Shown here: in pieces, positions 35,913-46,141 of the stretch
Position numbering within the stretch: the stretch's first letter is position 1
Layout: each line of letters opens with the position of its first letter
Assembly: GCA_964573665.1 (NCBI GenBank)
Contig: CAZNKI010000001.1
Location: 28,583 to 92,582 of the forward strand
Direction of reading: 5' to 3'
Length of the DNA: 64,000 nucleotides
Origin: an uncultured Candidatus Cloacimonadota bacterium
GTDB taxonomy: Bacteria > Cloacimonadota > Cloacimonadia > Cloacimonadales > WRIO01
The notes under the pieces: model-generated
Seen by the model: the letters and a program-made list of their open reading frames with translations, nothing else
What the model was told of the DNA's origin: nothing
Database searches by the model: none
Program-made: the position numbers and the translations under genes

Positions 35913-38121
35913 TTGCTATCTCCACCCATGTTCCTATTATTTTTTTCATTGACCCTGAATTGAAAGAGATTGTTAGTTTTGCGTCTCTTCCAAGTCCATC
36001 AACATTTAATATAACTCCGCTACCAAATTCTTGATGCGTTATTTTTTGACCAATTTTAAAAAATTTCTGAGATTCTGTGATGATTTTTGTTTCATTATCA
36101 ATTTTTGGTTTATAATTCTGCTTTTGTGGCGCATGAAATTCCCAGAAGGAAGCTTTAATTTCCTCAAGTAAGCCATGTTTAATCTCACCTAAAAACTGAC
36201 TTGGTCTGCTTGCTTGGTAAGACTCACCCATTCTACGAGTATGTGCGTAATTTAAAAATAGTTTTTTCTTCGCACGTGTAACTGCGACATAAAACAATCT
36301 TCTTTCTTCTTCGATTTCGTCTTCATTGTTTTGAGAAAATGTATGCGGAAGTAAACCCTGTTCAAGTCCTGCAATAAAAACATTATCAAATTCAAGCCCT
36401 TTTGCATTGTGCATAGTCATCAAGCGAACTGCTTCTTGTTGATTCCTATGATCAGACAAATCAAGGTCGGTCTGGAGACTTAAGAATTGTAGAAATTCTG
36501 AAACACCAGCCTGATCTTTATTATTCTGATAAGATTGTTCGATAAACTCTGTTGCAGAAGATATAAATTCGTGAATATTTTCTACTTTGGTATTTTCTTT
36601 CCCCTCATCTGTGTTTTGATAGTATTGTTCAAGTTCATATATTGAAATTATTTCTTTGATGAGTTCAAGTAGATTGACAGTATTAATGTTTTTTTGCCAT
36701 TTTGAAAGATTTTGAGCCAGATCAGTGATTGATGCAAGAGTTTTTTTTGGAAGATGTTTGATAAACTCTTGATTTGATATTACTTTAAAGATACTTTGCT
36801 GGTGTTCAATCGCAATTTCGATTAATTTACTAATGGTGGTTTTTCCAATATTTCTTGGAGGAGTATTAATTATTCTGAGTAAACTTTCATTATCAGATGG
36901 GTTTGAAATAATTCTCAGCCAGGCAATCATGTCTTTAACTTCAGCTCGTTGATAGAAATTGATGCCTCCAACAACTGTATATGGAATTTGATTCTTTGTA
37001 AAGCTTTGCTCTAATACTCTTGATTGAGCATTAGTTCTGTAAAGAACAACACATTCATTGATTGAGCTTCCTTTTGAAATCAGGTCAGTGATTTCCTCAG
37101 AAATGTAACGTGCTTCTTCATATTCATTGTCATGAGAAATTAACTTTGGTAAATCATTTGACTCTATATTAGTCCAGAGTGATTTTGTGTGTCTGTTTTT
37201 GTTGTTTTTAATAATTGAATTTGCAAGTTCTAAGACAGGCATCGGCGATCGATAATTTTGTTCAAGTTTGATTACTTGAACCTTATTGTAGTCTTTTTCA
37301 AAACACAGAATATTTTGAACATTCGCTCCTCTCCATCCATAAATTGACTGATCATCATCACCCACAACACAAAGATTCTGATGAATTTTTGCTAAGTTGT
37401 GTATTATATTGAATTGTACCAAATTTGTATCCTGATATTCATCAATCATAATATATTGAAGTTGAGCTCTGTACTTATCCCGAATGGATTTGTTTTCTTC
37501 TAATAATTGTGCTGTATTTAGCAGAATATCATCAAAATCCATTGCATTATTTTGTTTTAAATAGTTAGAATAAGCTAAATAAATTTTGTGAAAAAGGATG
37601 TTAATTTTACTTTCATTATTGAAATCAAAAAAATTATCTGGATTAATCATTTGAGACTTGTATTTTGATATAATACTGAGAATTTTATTAATAGGATAAA
37701 CACTTTTATCGATATTCTCTGAATGATATACTTTTTTTAATACGGATAACTGATCGTCTCTATCGTAAACTGAAAAGTCAGAATTGTAGTTAACTAAAGA
37801 ATGATGCTCATATCTGAGTATTCGAAGGCAAACTGAATGGAAGGTGCCAATCCAAACTGATTGAGAAGTATCTCCAATAAGATCAATCAAACGATCTTTT
37901 AACTCTCTTGCTGCTTTATTTGTAAAAGTAACTACAAGGATATTCCATGGCTTTATATTTTTTTGTTTGATCATCCAAGCTACACGAAAAATTACTGAAC
38001 GTGTTTTGCCACTTCCTGCGCCTGCTAAAACGAGCAAGGGTCCATCAACACACTGAACTACTTTTCTTTGTTCTTCATTTAAGTGGATTAACATCGAATC
38101 ATTGTGATAATTGTTTTTCAT
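35887..38121 (-). CDS. uvrD: ATP-dependent DNA helicase, UvrD/PcrA family
   Basis: Walker A AGAGSGKT, MIDEYQDTN, VGDDDQSIYGWRGA and TMHNAKGLEF. The start is taken at ATG 38121, because the track start 38142 is a TTG. Confidence 0.85.
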   Translation of the reverse strand: MKNNYHNDSMLIHLNEEQRKVVQCVDGPLLVLAGAGSGKTRSVIFRVAWMIKQKNIKPWNILVVTFTNKAARELKDRLIDLIGDTSQSVWIGTFHSVCLRILRYEHHSLVNYNSDFSVYDRDDQLSVLKKVYHSENIDKSVYPINKILSIISKYKSQMINPDNFFDFNNESKINILFHKIYLAYSNYLKQNNAMDFDDILLNTAQLLEENKSIRDKYRAQLQYIMIDEYQDTNLVQFNIIHNLAKIHQNLCVVGDDDQSIYGWRGANVQNILCFEKDYNKVQVIKLEQNYRSPMPVLELANSIIKNNKNRHTKSLWTNIESNDLPKLISHDNEYEEARYISEEITDLISKGSSINECVVLYRTNAQSRVLEQSFTKNQIPYTVVGGINFYQRAEVKDMIAWLRIISNPSDNESLLRIINTPPRNIGKTTISKLIEIAIEHQQSIFKVISNQEFIKHLPKKTLASITDLAQNLSKWQKNINTVNLLELIKEIISIYELEQYYQNTDEGKENTKVENIHEFISSATEFIEQSYQNNKDQAGVSEFLQFLSLQTDLDLSDHRNQQEAVRLMTMHNAKGLEFDNVFIAGLEQGLLPHTFSQNNEDEIEEERRLFYVAVTRAKKKLFLNYAHTRRMGESYQASRPSQFLGEIKHGLLEEIKASFWEFHAPQKQNYKPKIDNETKIITESQKFFKIGQKITHQEFGSGVILNVDGLGRDAKLTISFNSGSMKKIIGTWVEIANEKNDENY

Positions 38122-38504
38122 TTTACCTTTACCGATTTCCAATTCGAAATGTGTCCTTCAAGCCCCTGAATATTTACTGAAGACAATTTGTAAAAATAAG
38201 TTGAGTTTATAACGACATCATTATCAATATAAGTGACAAAATTTCCTGTTTGAGGATTAAAGGTCTCTGCGATTTTTATATATTGACCATTATAAGATAA
38301 TGATCTGTAAATGTAGTATTTATGGACATTGTCCAATCTTGTCCATTGAATGTTTACTTTACCATTAGATGAAGAAAGGGTAATATTGCTAAGCATTTGA
38401 GGAACTACAATTCCTGAATTAGATAGAGGATCTAAAGGATTGTTTCTCTCGAGTGAGCACCCAGTCAGTAAAAATATCAATATTATTAAAACATATGTTT
38501 TCAT
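38118..38504 (-). CDS. Lipoprotein with FN3-like domain
   Basis: Lipobox LTGC, plus VNIQWTRL...YYIYRS...YFYKLSSVN. Confidence 0.5.
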   Translation of the reverse strand: MKTYVLIILIFLLTGCSLERNNPLDPLSNSGIVVPQMLSNITLSSSNGKVNIQWTRLDNVHKYYIYRSLSYNGQYIKIAETFNPQTGNFVTYIDNDVVINSTYFYKLSSVNIQGLEGHISNWKSVKVK

Positions 38505-38510
38505 TTTACC

Positions 38511-39092
38511 TCAAAACTTGATTTGAAACCCATGGGGGTGGATGATTACTTTTTTATTTTTTTCCTTCAATATTAAATCATTCCATAATTGTTCATTGTA
38601 TTGTTCACTCACTTTATATGTGTCATAAATGTTATAAATCCACACTATTACAAACATAAAGCCACAAATACTCGCCTGTTTATAAGCGCTATTTGCTTCA
38701 CTATAGTACTGATTTATATTGTCAATTTGAGTTGAAGAATTATATAAGTCGTATTTATCCATTGCTTTATTATACATAAATATACTTGCACTTGCTAAGA
38801 TTATCTCTGAACTCAAGATGATCTGACCACGAAGATAATTCTTGCTTTGAAAATGTCCCCAACCAGGCAATATCATTGAACGGCTCATATTGTTCGGTAT
38901 GTTTATCTTTTTTAAATTATATTCTTCAATAAGAGATTTTTTAAAATTATGATTTTCTCTAAAAGAATACCGTTCTTCAGGGCTATTCCAATTATATTTT
39001 AATGTGTCAGCTAATTCAATAATGTTTATAGAATTATCACAGAAAACAGACGAAATACTTAAGAGAAAAATGATGATCATATAGTATTTCAT
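38511..39092 (-). CDS. Hypothetical membrane protein (DUF5683-like)
   Basis: Signal peptide, plus an ILPGWGHFQSKNYLRG motif followed by two hydrophobic helices. Confidence 0.45.
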   Translation of the reverse strand: MKYYMIIIFLLSISSVFCDNSINIIELADTLKYNWNSPEERYSFRENHNFKKSLIEEYNLKKINIPNNMSRSMILPGWGHFQSKNYLRGQIILSSEIILASASIFMYNKAMDKYDLYNSSTQIDNINQYYSEANSAYKQASICGFMFVIVWIYNIYDTYKVSEQYNEQLWNDLILKEKNKKVIIHPHGFQIKF

Positions 39093-40516
39093 TATTCCCT
39101 CATTATCCTTTCACTAAGTTTATTTAAAGGTGTAATTGTTTTTTCCTTTAAGTTGACTTGCCATGAATAAAAATAATTTTCTGAAGGAGTAATAAAATCA
39201 TATCTTACTTCTACTTTAAATCGTGTAGGTGAACCAATAACCTTCCATCCAGAATCTTTCAAATCTTTATCCCATTTAATTTTCAAATCCTTTTGAATTT
39301 CTGCAATTTTGTTGACTAACATCCCTTTCTTAAATTCTTTAATTACCTGCATCGCAAATGCTTTTGGATCTGCTTCTAATTGAATAATATTCTTTAGTTC
39401 AAAAATTTTTTGATTTATCAAATCGCTTTTTCTTAAAGCACTCGCATTCTCATAATAGTGTAAGGCTTCCTGAAACTTATTTTTTCTTTCAGATTGAAGT
39501 CCTAAATTGAATAATTCTTCTGATTTTTTAATATCAGATCTAAACTTTTCAGCAAAAGCAATTCTCTCTGTTGCTGGTGGATAGCCTTTAATAATCTGAA
39601 AAGATTTTTTAAATTCATCAATTGCAAGATCAATTTCTTCTCTGCTGAGTAATTCATTCCCCTTATTAATGATTTGTAAGCATAGTTTTTCTAATTTCAG
39701 ATTTACAATTTCCTCCATCTGTTTATAATGATTGATTGCTTCTTGATAGTATTGAAGCGCTTGATTTAATTGATTTTCATTTAATTGATTATCTGCTAAT
39801 TCAAGATAGAGATTTGCGATTTCCTGGTCTAATCTTGGGTGATATGTATTGGGAAAACTTTTTATGAATTTTAGCTCTTCAATTATTAAAAATAATGAGG
39901 AATAGGTGTTTTTGTTAACTACAATTGAATTAATTTTTTTTTCAATAAATTGATTGATAATTAGTTCAGACTTTTTTGTATATTCACTTTCAGGGAAGAG
40001 TTTCACCATTTGACAATAATATTCCCAAGCTTTATCTTCATTATTTTCCCATTCAATGATAGATTTGATTCTTAAGTATGAGAACTCTTCTGTTTTTTCA
40101 GATAAATAAAAGTATTGAATTAGATAGTCATAGCAAGCTAAGATTCTTTGTTTTTCATTTCGTTCAAGATATTGATTGATTAAGATTTCATAGGAATTTA
40201 CGATCATAATATCTGCTTTATCAGTATTTGATAAATAAAATAATCGAACGGCTAAATTATAATTATTTTTTTCAAAAGCGATTAATCCTAATTGATAATA
40301 GGCTTCTGCCCTCATTTCTTCAGCTTCTAATGTTTCAAATCTGTCATTAGATTTTTTTAGGAAGATATCAAATTCTTCTATTGCAGGAACATAGTTTTTT
40401 TGAATAAAGAGTTTTTTTGCATTCTCATACTGGTTGTTTGTACAGGAAACACAAAAAATCAGGAATAAACTAAAGCTGAATAAACAGGTTTTCTTGAGCA
40501 TATTCAAATATTTCAA
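39092..40516 (-). CDS. TPR-repeat lipoprotein
   Basis: Lipobox FCVSC and repeated A..YY..G/A helical TPR-like units. Confidence 0.5.
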   Translation of the reverse strand: MKYLNMLKKTCLFSFSLFLIFCVSCTNNQYENAKKLFIQKNYVPAIEEFDIFLKKSNDRFETLEAEEMRAEAYYQLGLIAFEKNNYNLAVRLFYLSNTDKADIMIVNSYEILINQYLERNEKQRILACYDYLIQYFYLSEKTEEFSYLRIKSIIEWENNEDKAWEYYCQMVKLFPESEYTKKSELIINQFIEKKINSIVVNKNTYSSLFLIIEELKFIKSFPNTYHPRLDQEIANLYLELADNQLNENQLNQALQYYQEAINHYKQMEEIVNLKLEKLCLQIINKGNELLSREEIDLAIDEFKKSFQIIKGYPPATERIAFAEKFRSDIKKSEELFNLGLQSERKNKFQEALHYYENASALRKSDLINQKIFELKNIIQLEADPKAFAMQVIKEFKKGMLVNKIAEIQKDLKIKWDKDLKDSGWKVIGSPTRFKVEVRYDFITPSENYFYSWQVNLKEKTITPLNKLSERIMRE

Positions 40517-41201
40517 TTCCTTTTATCATGTCATGAAGTTCAGGACTGAATCCATGTGTCAAATAAATTTTTTCATTGATAACATCTTTTAGTGCATTGA
40601 TATCAGAAGGATTTGGATGAATCGTATCAATGATACAAATCTGCAAATTTTGGAACATATTATTAATAGATTTTGTGCTGTTTATATCGGAAGTATAAAG
40701 TAATGACTTTTGATTTTCATTGAATCTTATCGAATAGGATTTCATTTCATTTTTTAAGGAATTTTCTTCAATATATGATTCATAGTTTTGTAAATGATCA
40801 TTTCTTGATATATCAATGAAGAAAAAATCCTTGCTCAAGTCAGAAAAAGGCTTAAAAATGAGTTCAAAGCTTAATCTGCCTCGAAAAGTATAAAAAAGAT
40901 CAAGGATGTTTGTAAAATCATCAATTCTTTCAGGTAGATAAACATGAAGTTTTTTATTTCTTTTTTGCAAATACAAGGTTTGAATTAACATAAAAAAGCC
41001 ACTGATATGATCTGGGTGAAAATGAGTGATTGCAACAATATCAAGTTCATTGTGATCTAAAGATAATTCTTGAATTCGATGAGCCACACCTTCACCACAA
41101 TCAATCAAAAATTGAATGGAGTGACATTCTACAAAAATTGAAGATAAATTTTTATTTTTTTCTGGAAGTCCTGATGAAGATCCTAAAATATTAAAGCGCA
41201 T
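40470..41201 (-). CDS. MBL-fold metallo-hydrolase (RNase Z-like)
   Basis: IDCGEG and ITHFHPDHISG are metallo-beta-lactamase motifs. Confidence 0.7.
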   Translation of the reverse strand: MRFNILGSSSGLPEKNKNLSSIFVECHSIQFLIDCGEGVAHRIQELSLDHNELDIVAITHFHPDHISGFFMLIQTLYLQKRNKKLHVYLPERIDDFTNILDLFYTFRGRLSFELIFKPFSDLSKDFFFIDISRNDHLQNYESYIEENSLKNEMKSYSIRFNENQKSLLYTSDINSTKSINNMFQNLQICIIDTIHPNPSDINALKDVINEKIYLTHGFSPELHDMIKGIEIFEYAQENLFIQL

Positions 41202-41210
41202 AATATCCTT

Positions 41211-42305
41211 CTAAATATCTTTTTGTTCTTTCAGTTGATTTTTTGGAATAACGATAGGTATTTGATCTAATTTTCTTCCAAAAAATAAAAATGCTACAAC
41301 ATAGATTATTGTTGAAATAATAAGCACAGGTAGTGAATGTAACTTGAGCACGATCACTGCAGTCAAAGCAATAATTGTATTAATTAGATAGACAATAATA
41401 GCTGTAACTTTTGTAGATCCTACGGCTGTACCGATTCTGTGAGTGGAATGATCTTTTCCCCCTTGAGAAATTCTACGACCATCTCTTTTCCTTGTATAAC
41501 TGACTAAAGAGATGTCAAAAATCGCATAGCTTAACATAAGAATAGGGAGCAGGTAATACAAGTTGTTCTGCATCGTGTTTGCGGCCATCTTTCCCGTTAA
41601 AATGCCCATTGTAGAAAGAAAATAACCAATAAACATCGACCCTGCGTCACCCATAAACAATTTTGCCGGATTGAAATTGTGAGGAAGAAATCCCAGGACA
41701 GCACCTGAAAAACTAAGTGCTAATAATGCTACAAAGTTATTGAAATATTGAACAGATGATGTTTTTGTCATTATGCTCACTGCATAAAAACCAAGCGCAA
41801 GAATTCCTGACATTCCTGCCAAGATCCCATCCATATTATCTAAAAAGTTGAAAGCATTCATTAGCCCAATCATCCATAGACAAAGAACAGGTAATGTAAT
41901 CCACCATTCACCTAATAAATAAAATAAATTGTTTGTATATAAAAACATCAAACAGACAATCACTTGCCAGATTAACTTGATACTCGGTCTTATAAAAAAT
42001 TTATCATCAAACAATCCAACCATCATTACCAAAAAACCAGCACCTAAATATCCAATTAAGCCTAAATCGAAATTTTGGTATGCATGAATGCTTGTTTCAA
42101 ATATTACAACGAAGAAAAAGCCAATAAAAACACTAATTCCTCCCATAAGAGGGACGACTTTTTTGTGCATTTTTCGTGCACTTGGGTTATCAACAAAATT
42201 TAATTTTAAAGCTAATTTTATAATAAAAGGAGTCAGATTGTAAACTAATAAAAAGCTAATTGCGAAAACGATTAAAAACTCGTAAATCAAAATATTTCCT
42301 AACAT
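41211..42305 (-). CDS. Glycosyltransferase family 4 (WecA/MraY-type polyprenyl-phosphate sugar-1-phosphate transferase)
   Basis: About 10 TM helices, with NAFNFLDNMDG and MGDAGSMFIG motifs. Confidence 0.8.
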   Translation of the reverse strand: MLGNILIYEFLIVFAISFLLVYNLTPFIIKLALKLNFVDNPSARKMHKKVVPLMGGISVFIGFFFVVIFETSIHAYQNFDLGLIGYLGAGFLVMMVGLFDDKFFIRPSIKLIWQVIVCLMFLYTNNLFYLLGEWWITLPVLCLWMIGLMNAFNFLDNMDGILAGMSGILALGFYAVSIMTKTSSVQYFNNFVALLALSFSGAVLGFLPHNFNPAKLFMGDAGSMFIGYFLSTMGILTGKMAANTMQNNLYYLLPILMLSYAIFDISLVSYTRKRDGRRISQGGKDHSTHRIGTAVGSTKVTAIIVYLINTIIALTAVIVLKLHSLPVLIISTIIYVVAFLFFGRKLDQIPIVIPKNQLKEQKDI

Positions 42306-42523
42306 TTATTTGCCTCAGTTATCTAGTTTTTATTTATTTGACTAAGTATATTCAGTTAAGAATATTGTCAAGGAATTCTAATTTTGAAATTTCTTTTTTT
42401 AAAATTATTGACAATAATTGCCGATACTTAATAAATTGGCACATTGAGTTAAAAATAGTTGTGTATAAAACTTGAGTGGTTATTCAATTCGAAAGTCTGG
42501 GTTTGATTTCATGAGGGGGGGAT

Positions 42524-43600
42524 ATGAATGATAATATGATTGAAAGTTTAAAAAACTTTATTTCAAAAGATTTAAATGTTATCTCGGTGAAAAAAGTAAA
42601 GGAGCCATTTCAATTTGTCCGATATGGTCGTAAAAAGTTTGAACGTATAACAGTATGTTATGAATTGAATCAACAGGAACATATTATTACATTGATTAAG
42701 AAAAAGTATCCTGTGATGGATATGATCATGATGATGTTTAAAGATGAGAATTACCGTGAAATAAAGTTTTTTAATTCACCAATAAAAAAGACCTTTGCCC
42801 GATTTTATGATGTACCTATACTTTTTGTTGATGAAGCCAAAAAAGAAATTTATTTAAAGGATTGCAGTTGTGAATTAAAAAGATTTGGACCACCCGCTTT
42901 GCCAACAGAAATACAGATGAAGAATTTAATTACCCGTACAGCAATAAAGGATGCAAAATTTCTTAATCAACAATGGGAATATGCTAATCAATTTCATGAT
43001 TCATTCGAATTTATGTATCGAGCTTTAAATAATGAATTTACTGAGAAAGAATTGAGATACATTGGTCTTGAATGGCCATGGTTTATCAAAGGGTTTGAAA
43101 ATTTAAAAAAGAGTATTGGCAATATTCGTTTTGAGAAGTTAAAAACTTTTTTCAGTTCAGAAAAAATCAAATCAACCTTTTCAAAGGTACCATTTACATT
43201 GCATCATGGTGATTTATTCTTTGCCAATATTGGATTTAATGATGAGAATAAGCCCTTAGTTATCGATTGGGAACTTGTAACTTATGCACCCATTGGATAT
43301 GATTATATGGTTCTAATTAATGGTATTCCACCTCTTCAATTTACTGAGTTGTATGAAGAATGGTATATTAATGCATTTAATAATGCATGTGATGTTCCAT
43401 TAAATGAAAAACAATTTGTAAAAATTATTGAGAATTTGAAAGACTATTATTTTCTTCTAACAGAAACAATTGAATATATTCGATTTAGTTTTTCAGAAAC
43501 TGAACAAGAATTTTCTGAAAAAGAAGCGAAGCAATCAAGTTATATAAAACGATTGGATTTGATTCTCAAACTCAGTGCAAAAAAAGTGCAAATTGGGTAG
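42524..43600 (+). CDS. APH/ChoK-fold phosphotransferase-family protein
   Basis: LHHGDLFFANIG (the Brenner HxDxxxxN motif) and VIDWE. SD GAGGGGGG lies upstream. Confidence 0.6.
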   Translation: MNDNMIESLKNFISKDLNVISVKKVKEPFQFVRYGRKKFERITVCYELNQQEHIITLIKKKYPVMDMIMMMFKDENYREIKFFNSPIKKTFARFYDVPILFVDEAKKEIYLKDCSCELKRFGPPALPTEIQMKNLITRTAIKDAKFLNQQWEYANQFHDSFEFMYRALNNEFTEKELRYIGLEWPWFIKGFENLKKSIGNIRFEKLKTFFSSEKIKSTFSKVPFTLHHGDLFFANIGFNDENKPLVIDWELVTYAPIGYDYMVLINGIPPLQFTELYEEWYINAFNNACDVPLNEKQFVKIIENLKDYYFLLTETIEYIRFSFSETEQEFSEKEAKQSSYIKRLDLILKLSAKKVQIG

Positions 43601-43620
43601 GAGAAATTTAGGAGTGTTCT

Positions 43621-45054
43621 ATGGATATTCTTTTAGTAGATGATGAAGAGTTAAGCAGGACGGCAATAAAAGAATTTATAACAGAACAATTAGGTCATAC
43701 AGTATATGATTTTGCAAATGGTGTAGATGCCTTTGAATACTGGCAAGATCATCATCAGACATTGATTATATCTGATATTCGTATGCCTTTTATGACCGGC
43801 AATCAGTTGCTTGAAAAAGTTAAAAAAGATCCATTCGGAAAAACAACAGACTTTATTTTAATTACAGGATATGCTGATATAAACAGTGCCATCCAAGCCC
43901 TTAGAAATGGTGCTTATGATTATTTGCAGAAGCCTGTGGATATTGAGGAGCTGTCTGTAATCATAGAAAGAATTGAAGAGAGACAAACACTTGTTAAAGA
44001 AAACAAAGAATTAAAAAATGAATTTGATAAAACTTTAGATAAAGCGACAAATGAGATAAAACATAAGCTGTCATATTATCAGTCAGTTTATGCTCAAGTG
44101 GTGGGAATTGGTAATGTAGGCATTTTCTCAGAAACAATGCATTCCATAATGACCGTATGTGAAAAGCTAAATAAGGATCGTTCGATACCTGTGTTGATTG
44201 AAGGAGCCACAGGTACAGGTAAAGAAATTATTGCCAGAAAAGTGCATTTTGGTAATGATAATTCAACCTTACCATTTGTTTCTATTAACTGTGCTGCAAT
44301 TTCACCCTCATTATTTGAAAGTGAACTTTTTGGCTATGAAGAAGGCGCATTTACAGGTGCAAAGCGACGGGGAAATATTGGAAAAATGGAAATGGCTCAT
44401 CAAGGAACTATCTTTTTGGATGAGATTGGCGAAATGCCATTAGACTTACAACCAAAACTTCTTCGTGCAATACAACAGCAGGAAATATACAGAGTTGGAA
44501 GTTCCAAAAAAATTAAATTAGATGTTCGATTCATTTGTGCTACAAATAGAAATTTGCTTGAACAGGTTCAGGAAGGGAAATTCAGAGCAGATTTGTATTA
44601 TCGGCTAAATGTTGCAAAGATATTTATACCCCCATTAAGCGAAAGAAAGAATGAAATTGTTCCATTAGCACAAATGTTTTTATTACAACATGCAGAAGCC
44701 AAACAAAAAAAATTCAGAATGATTCATAAAGAAGCAGCTAAAATATTAGAAAACTATAACTGGCCTGGAAATGTAAGAGAACTACAAAATACAATAGAAC
44801 GCGTTATTTTGCTTTATGATGATATAGAACTTAAGGCAAAGCATCTGCAATTCATCGAAAATGATCTGTATTATCCAGTTGACGGTCAATCAGTTTTAAG
44901 TCCTGGTAAAATTATTCTTCCAGATGATCCATTTGATCTTGATATGCTTGAAAAAGAAATTGTTCAAAAAGCACTTCAGAAATTTAATGGAAATAAATCA
45001 AAAACTGCTGATTATTTAAAAATTACAAGAAGTGCTTTGCGCTCAAGAATGTAA
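43621..45054 (+). CDS. Sigma-54-dependent response regulator (NtrC family), paralogue of 17561..19009
   Basis: REC domain (IISDIRMPFMTG), Walker A GATGTGKE, canonical GAFTGA, WPGNVRELQN, and a C-terminal HTH. Confidence 0.9.
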   Translation: MDILLVDDEELSRTAIKEFITEQLGHTVYDFANGVDAFEYWQDHHQTLIISDIRMPFMTGNQLLEKVKKDPFGKTTDFILITGYADINSAIQALRNGAYDYLQKPVDIEELSVIIERIEERQTLVKENKELKNEFDKTLDKATNEIKHKLSYYQSVYAQVVGIGNVGIFSETMHSIMTVCEKLNKDRSIPVLIEGATGTGKEIIARKVHFGNDNSTLPFVSINCAAISPSLFESELFGYEEGAFTGAKRRGNIGKMEMAHQGTIFLDEIGEMPLDLQPKLLRAIQQQEIYRVGSSKKIKLDVRFICATNRNLLEQVQEGKFRADLYYRLNVAKIFIPPLSERKNEIVPLAQMFLLQHAEAKQKKFRMIHKEAAKILENYNWPGNVRELQNTIERVILLYDDIELKAKHLQFIENDLYYPVDGQSVLSPGKIILPDDPFDLDMLEKEIVQKALQKFNGNKSKTADYLKITRSALRSRM

Positions 45055-45067
45055 TAAACGAGGGGAC

Positions 45068-46141
45068 ATGAAAAGGGTAGAAAAAAAAGTTATATGTGTT
45101 GGCAATGTAAAAATTGGAGGACAATATCCTGTTTCTATTCAATCTATGTGTAATACAGACACCAAAGATATTCAAAACACTGTAAATCAAATTAATCAGT
45201 TAAGTAAAGCCGGATGCCAGATTATCCGATGTGCTGTGCCTGATATTCAATCAGCAGAAGCCATCAAGTTAATTAAGTCTGAAATTACAATTCCTCTAAT
45301 TGCAGATATCCATTTTGACTACAAATTAGCTATTGCTTCAATCGCATCTGGCGTTGATGGACTCCGATTAAATCCAGGAAATATTGGCTCAGAGTTAAAC
45401 ATAATGAAAGTGATTGATCATGCCAGAGAAAGAAGAATCCCAATAAGAATCGGTGTTAACAGCGGATCATTACAAAAAGATAAATTGAAGAAATATGGTG
45501 TAAGTGCAGAAGCTATTGTCGAAAGCGCATTAGAACATGTAGCAATCCTTGAAAAGCTTCATTATGATGAAATCAAAATATCTGTAAAAGCATCATCAGT
45601 CCCATTAACTATCGAATCATACCGCTTACTATCAGAAAAATGTGCTTATCCTCTTCATCTTGGTGTGACAGAGTCTGGAACTGAATTTGCAGGGACTATT
45701 AAATCATCAATTGGAATTGGGACATTACTTGCAGAAGGTATTGGTGATACAATCAGAGTATCTCTAACTGAAGATCCTCTAAAAGAAATATATGTAGCTA
45801 AAGAAATATTAAAATCATTAGGTCTAAGAAAAGGATTAGAATTTATCTCATGCCCAACTTGTGGTCGTACTCAAATCCCATTAATAGAGTTAGCAAAAAG
45901 AGTTGAGAAAGAATTATCTCAATTTGAACACATACCTCTAACAATAGCTGTAATGGGGTGCGAAGTCAACGGACCAGGCGAAGCAAAAGAAGCCGATTTT
46001 GGGATAGCTGGTGGTAAAAATGTGGGTTTAATCTTTAAAAAAGGTGAAATAATCAAAAAAGTACCAGAAGATAAATTATTAAATGAGTTAATTAATTTTA
46101 TTAAAGAGTATATTGATCAAAACCATCTAAATAATGAGTAG
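45068..46141 (+). CDS. ispG: 4-hydroxy-3-methylbut-2-en-1-yl diphosphate synthase
   Basis: IQSMCNTDT, ADIHFDY, RLNPGNIG and ISCPTCGRT. The start is taken at ATG 45068 after GAGGGG; the track start 45032 overlaps the previous gene. Confidence 0.9.
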   Translation: MKRVEKKVICVGNVKIGGQYPVSIQSMCNTDTKDIQNTVNQINQLSKAGCQIIRCAVPDIQSAEAIKLIKSEITIPLIADIHFDYKLAIASIASGVDGLRLNPGNIGSELNIMKVIDHARERRIPIRIGVNSGSLQKDKLKKYGVSAEAIVESALEHVAILEKLHYDEIKISVKASSVPLTIESYRLLSEKCAYPLHLGVTESGTEFAGTIKSSIGIGTLLAEGIGDTIRVSLTEDPLKEIYVAKEILKSLGLRKGLEFISCPTCGRTQIPLIELAKRVEKELSQFEHIPLTIAVMGCEVNGPGEAKEADFGIAGGKNVGLIFKKGEIIKKVPEDKLLNELINFIKEYIDQNHLNNE

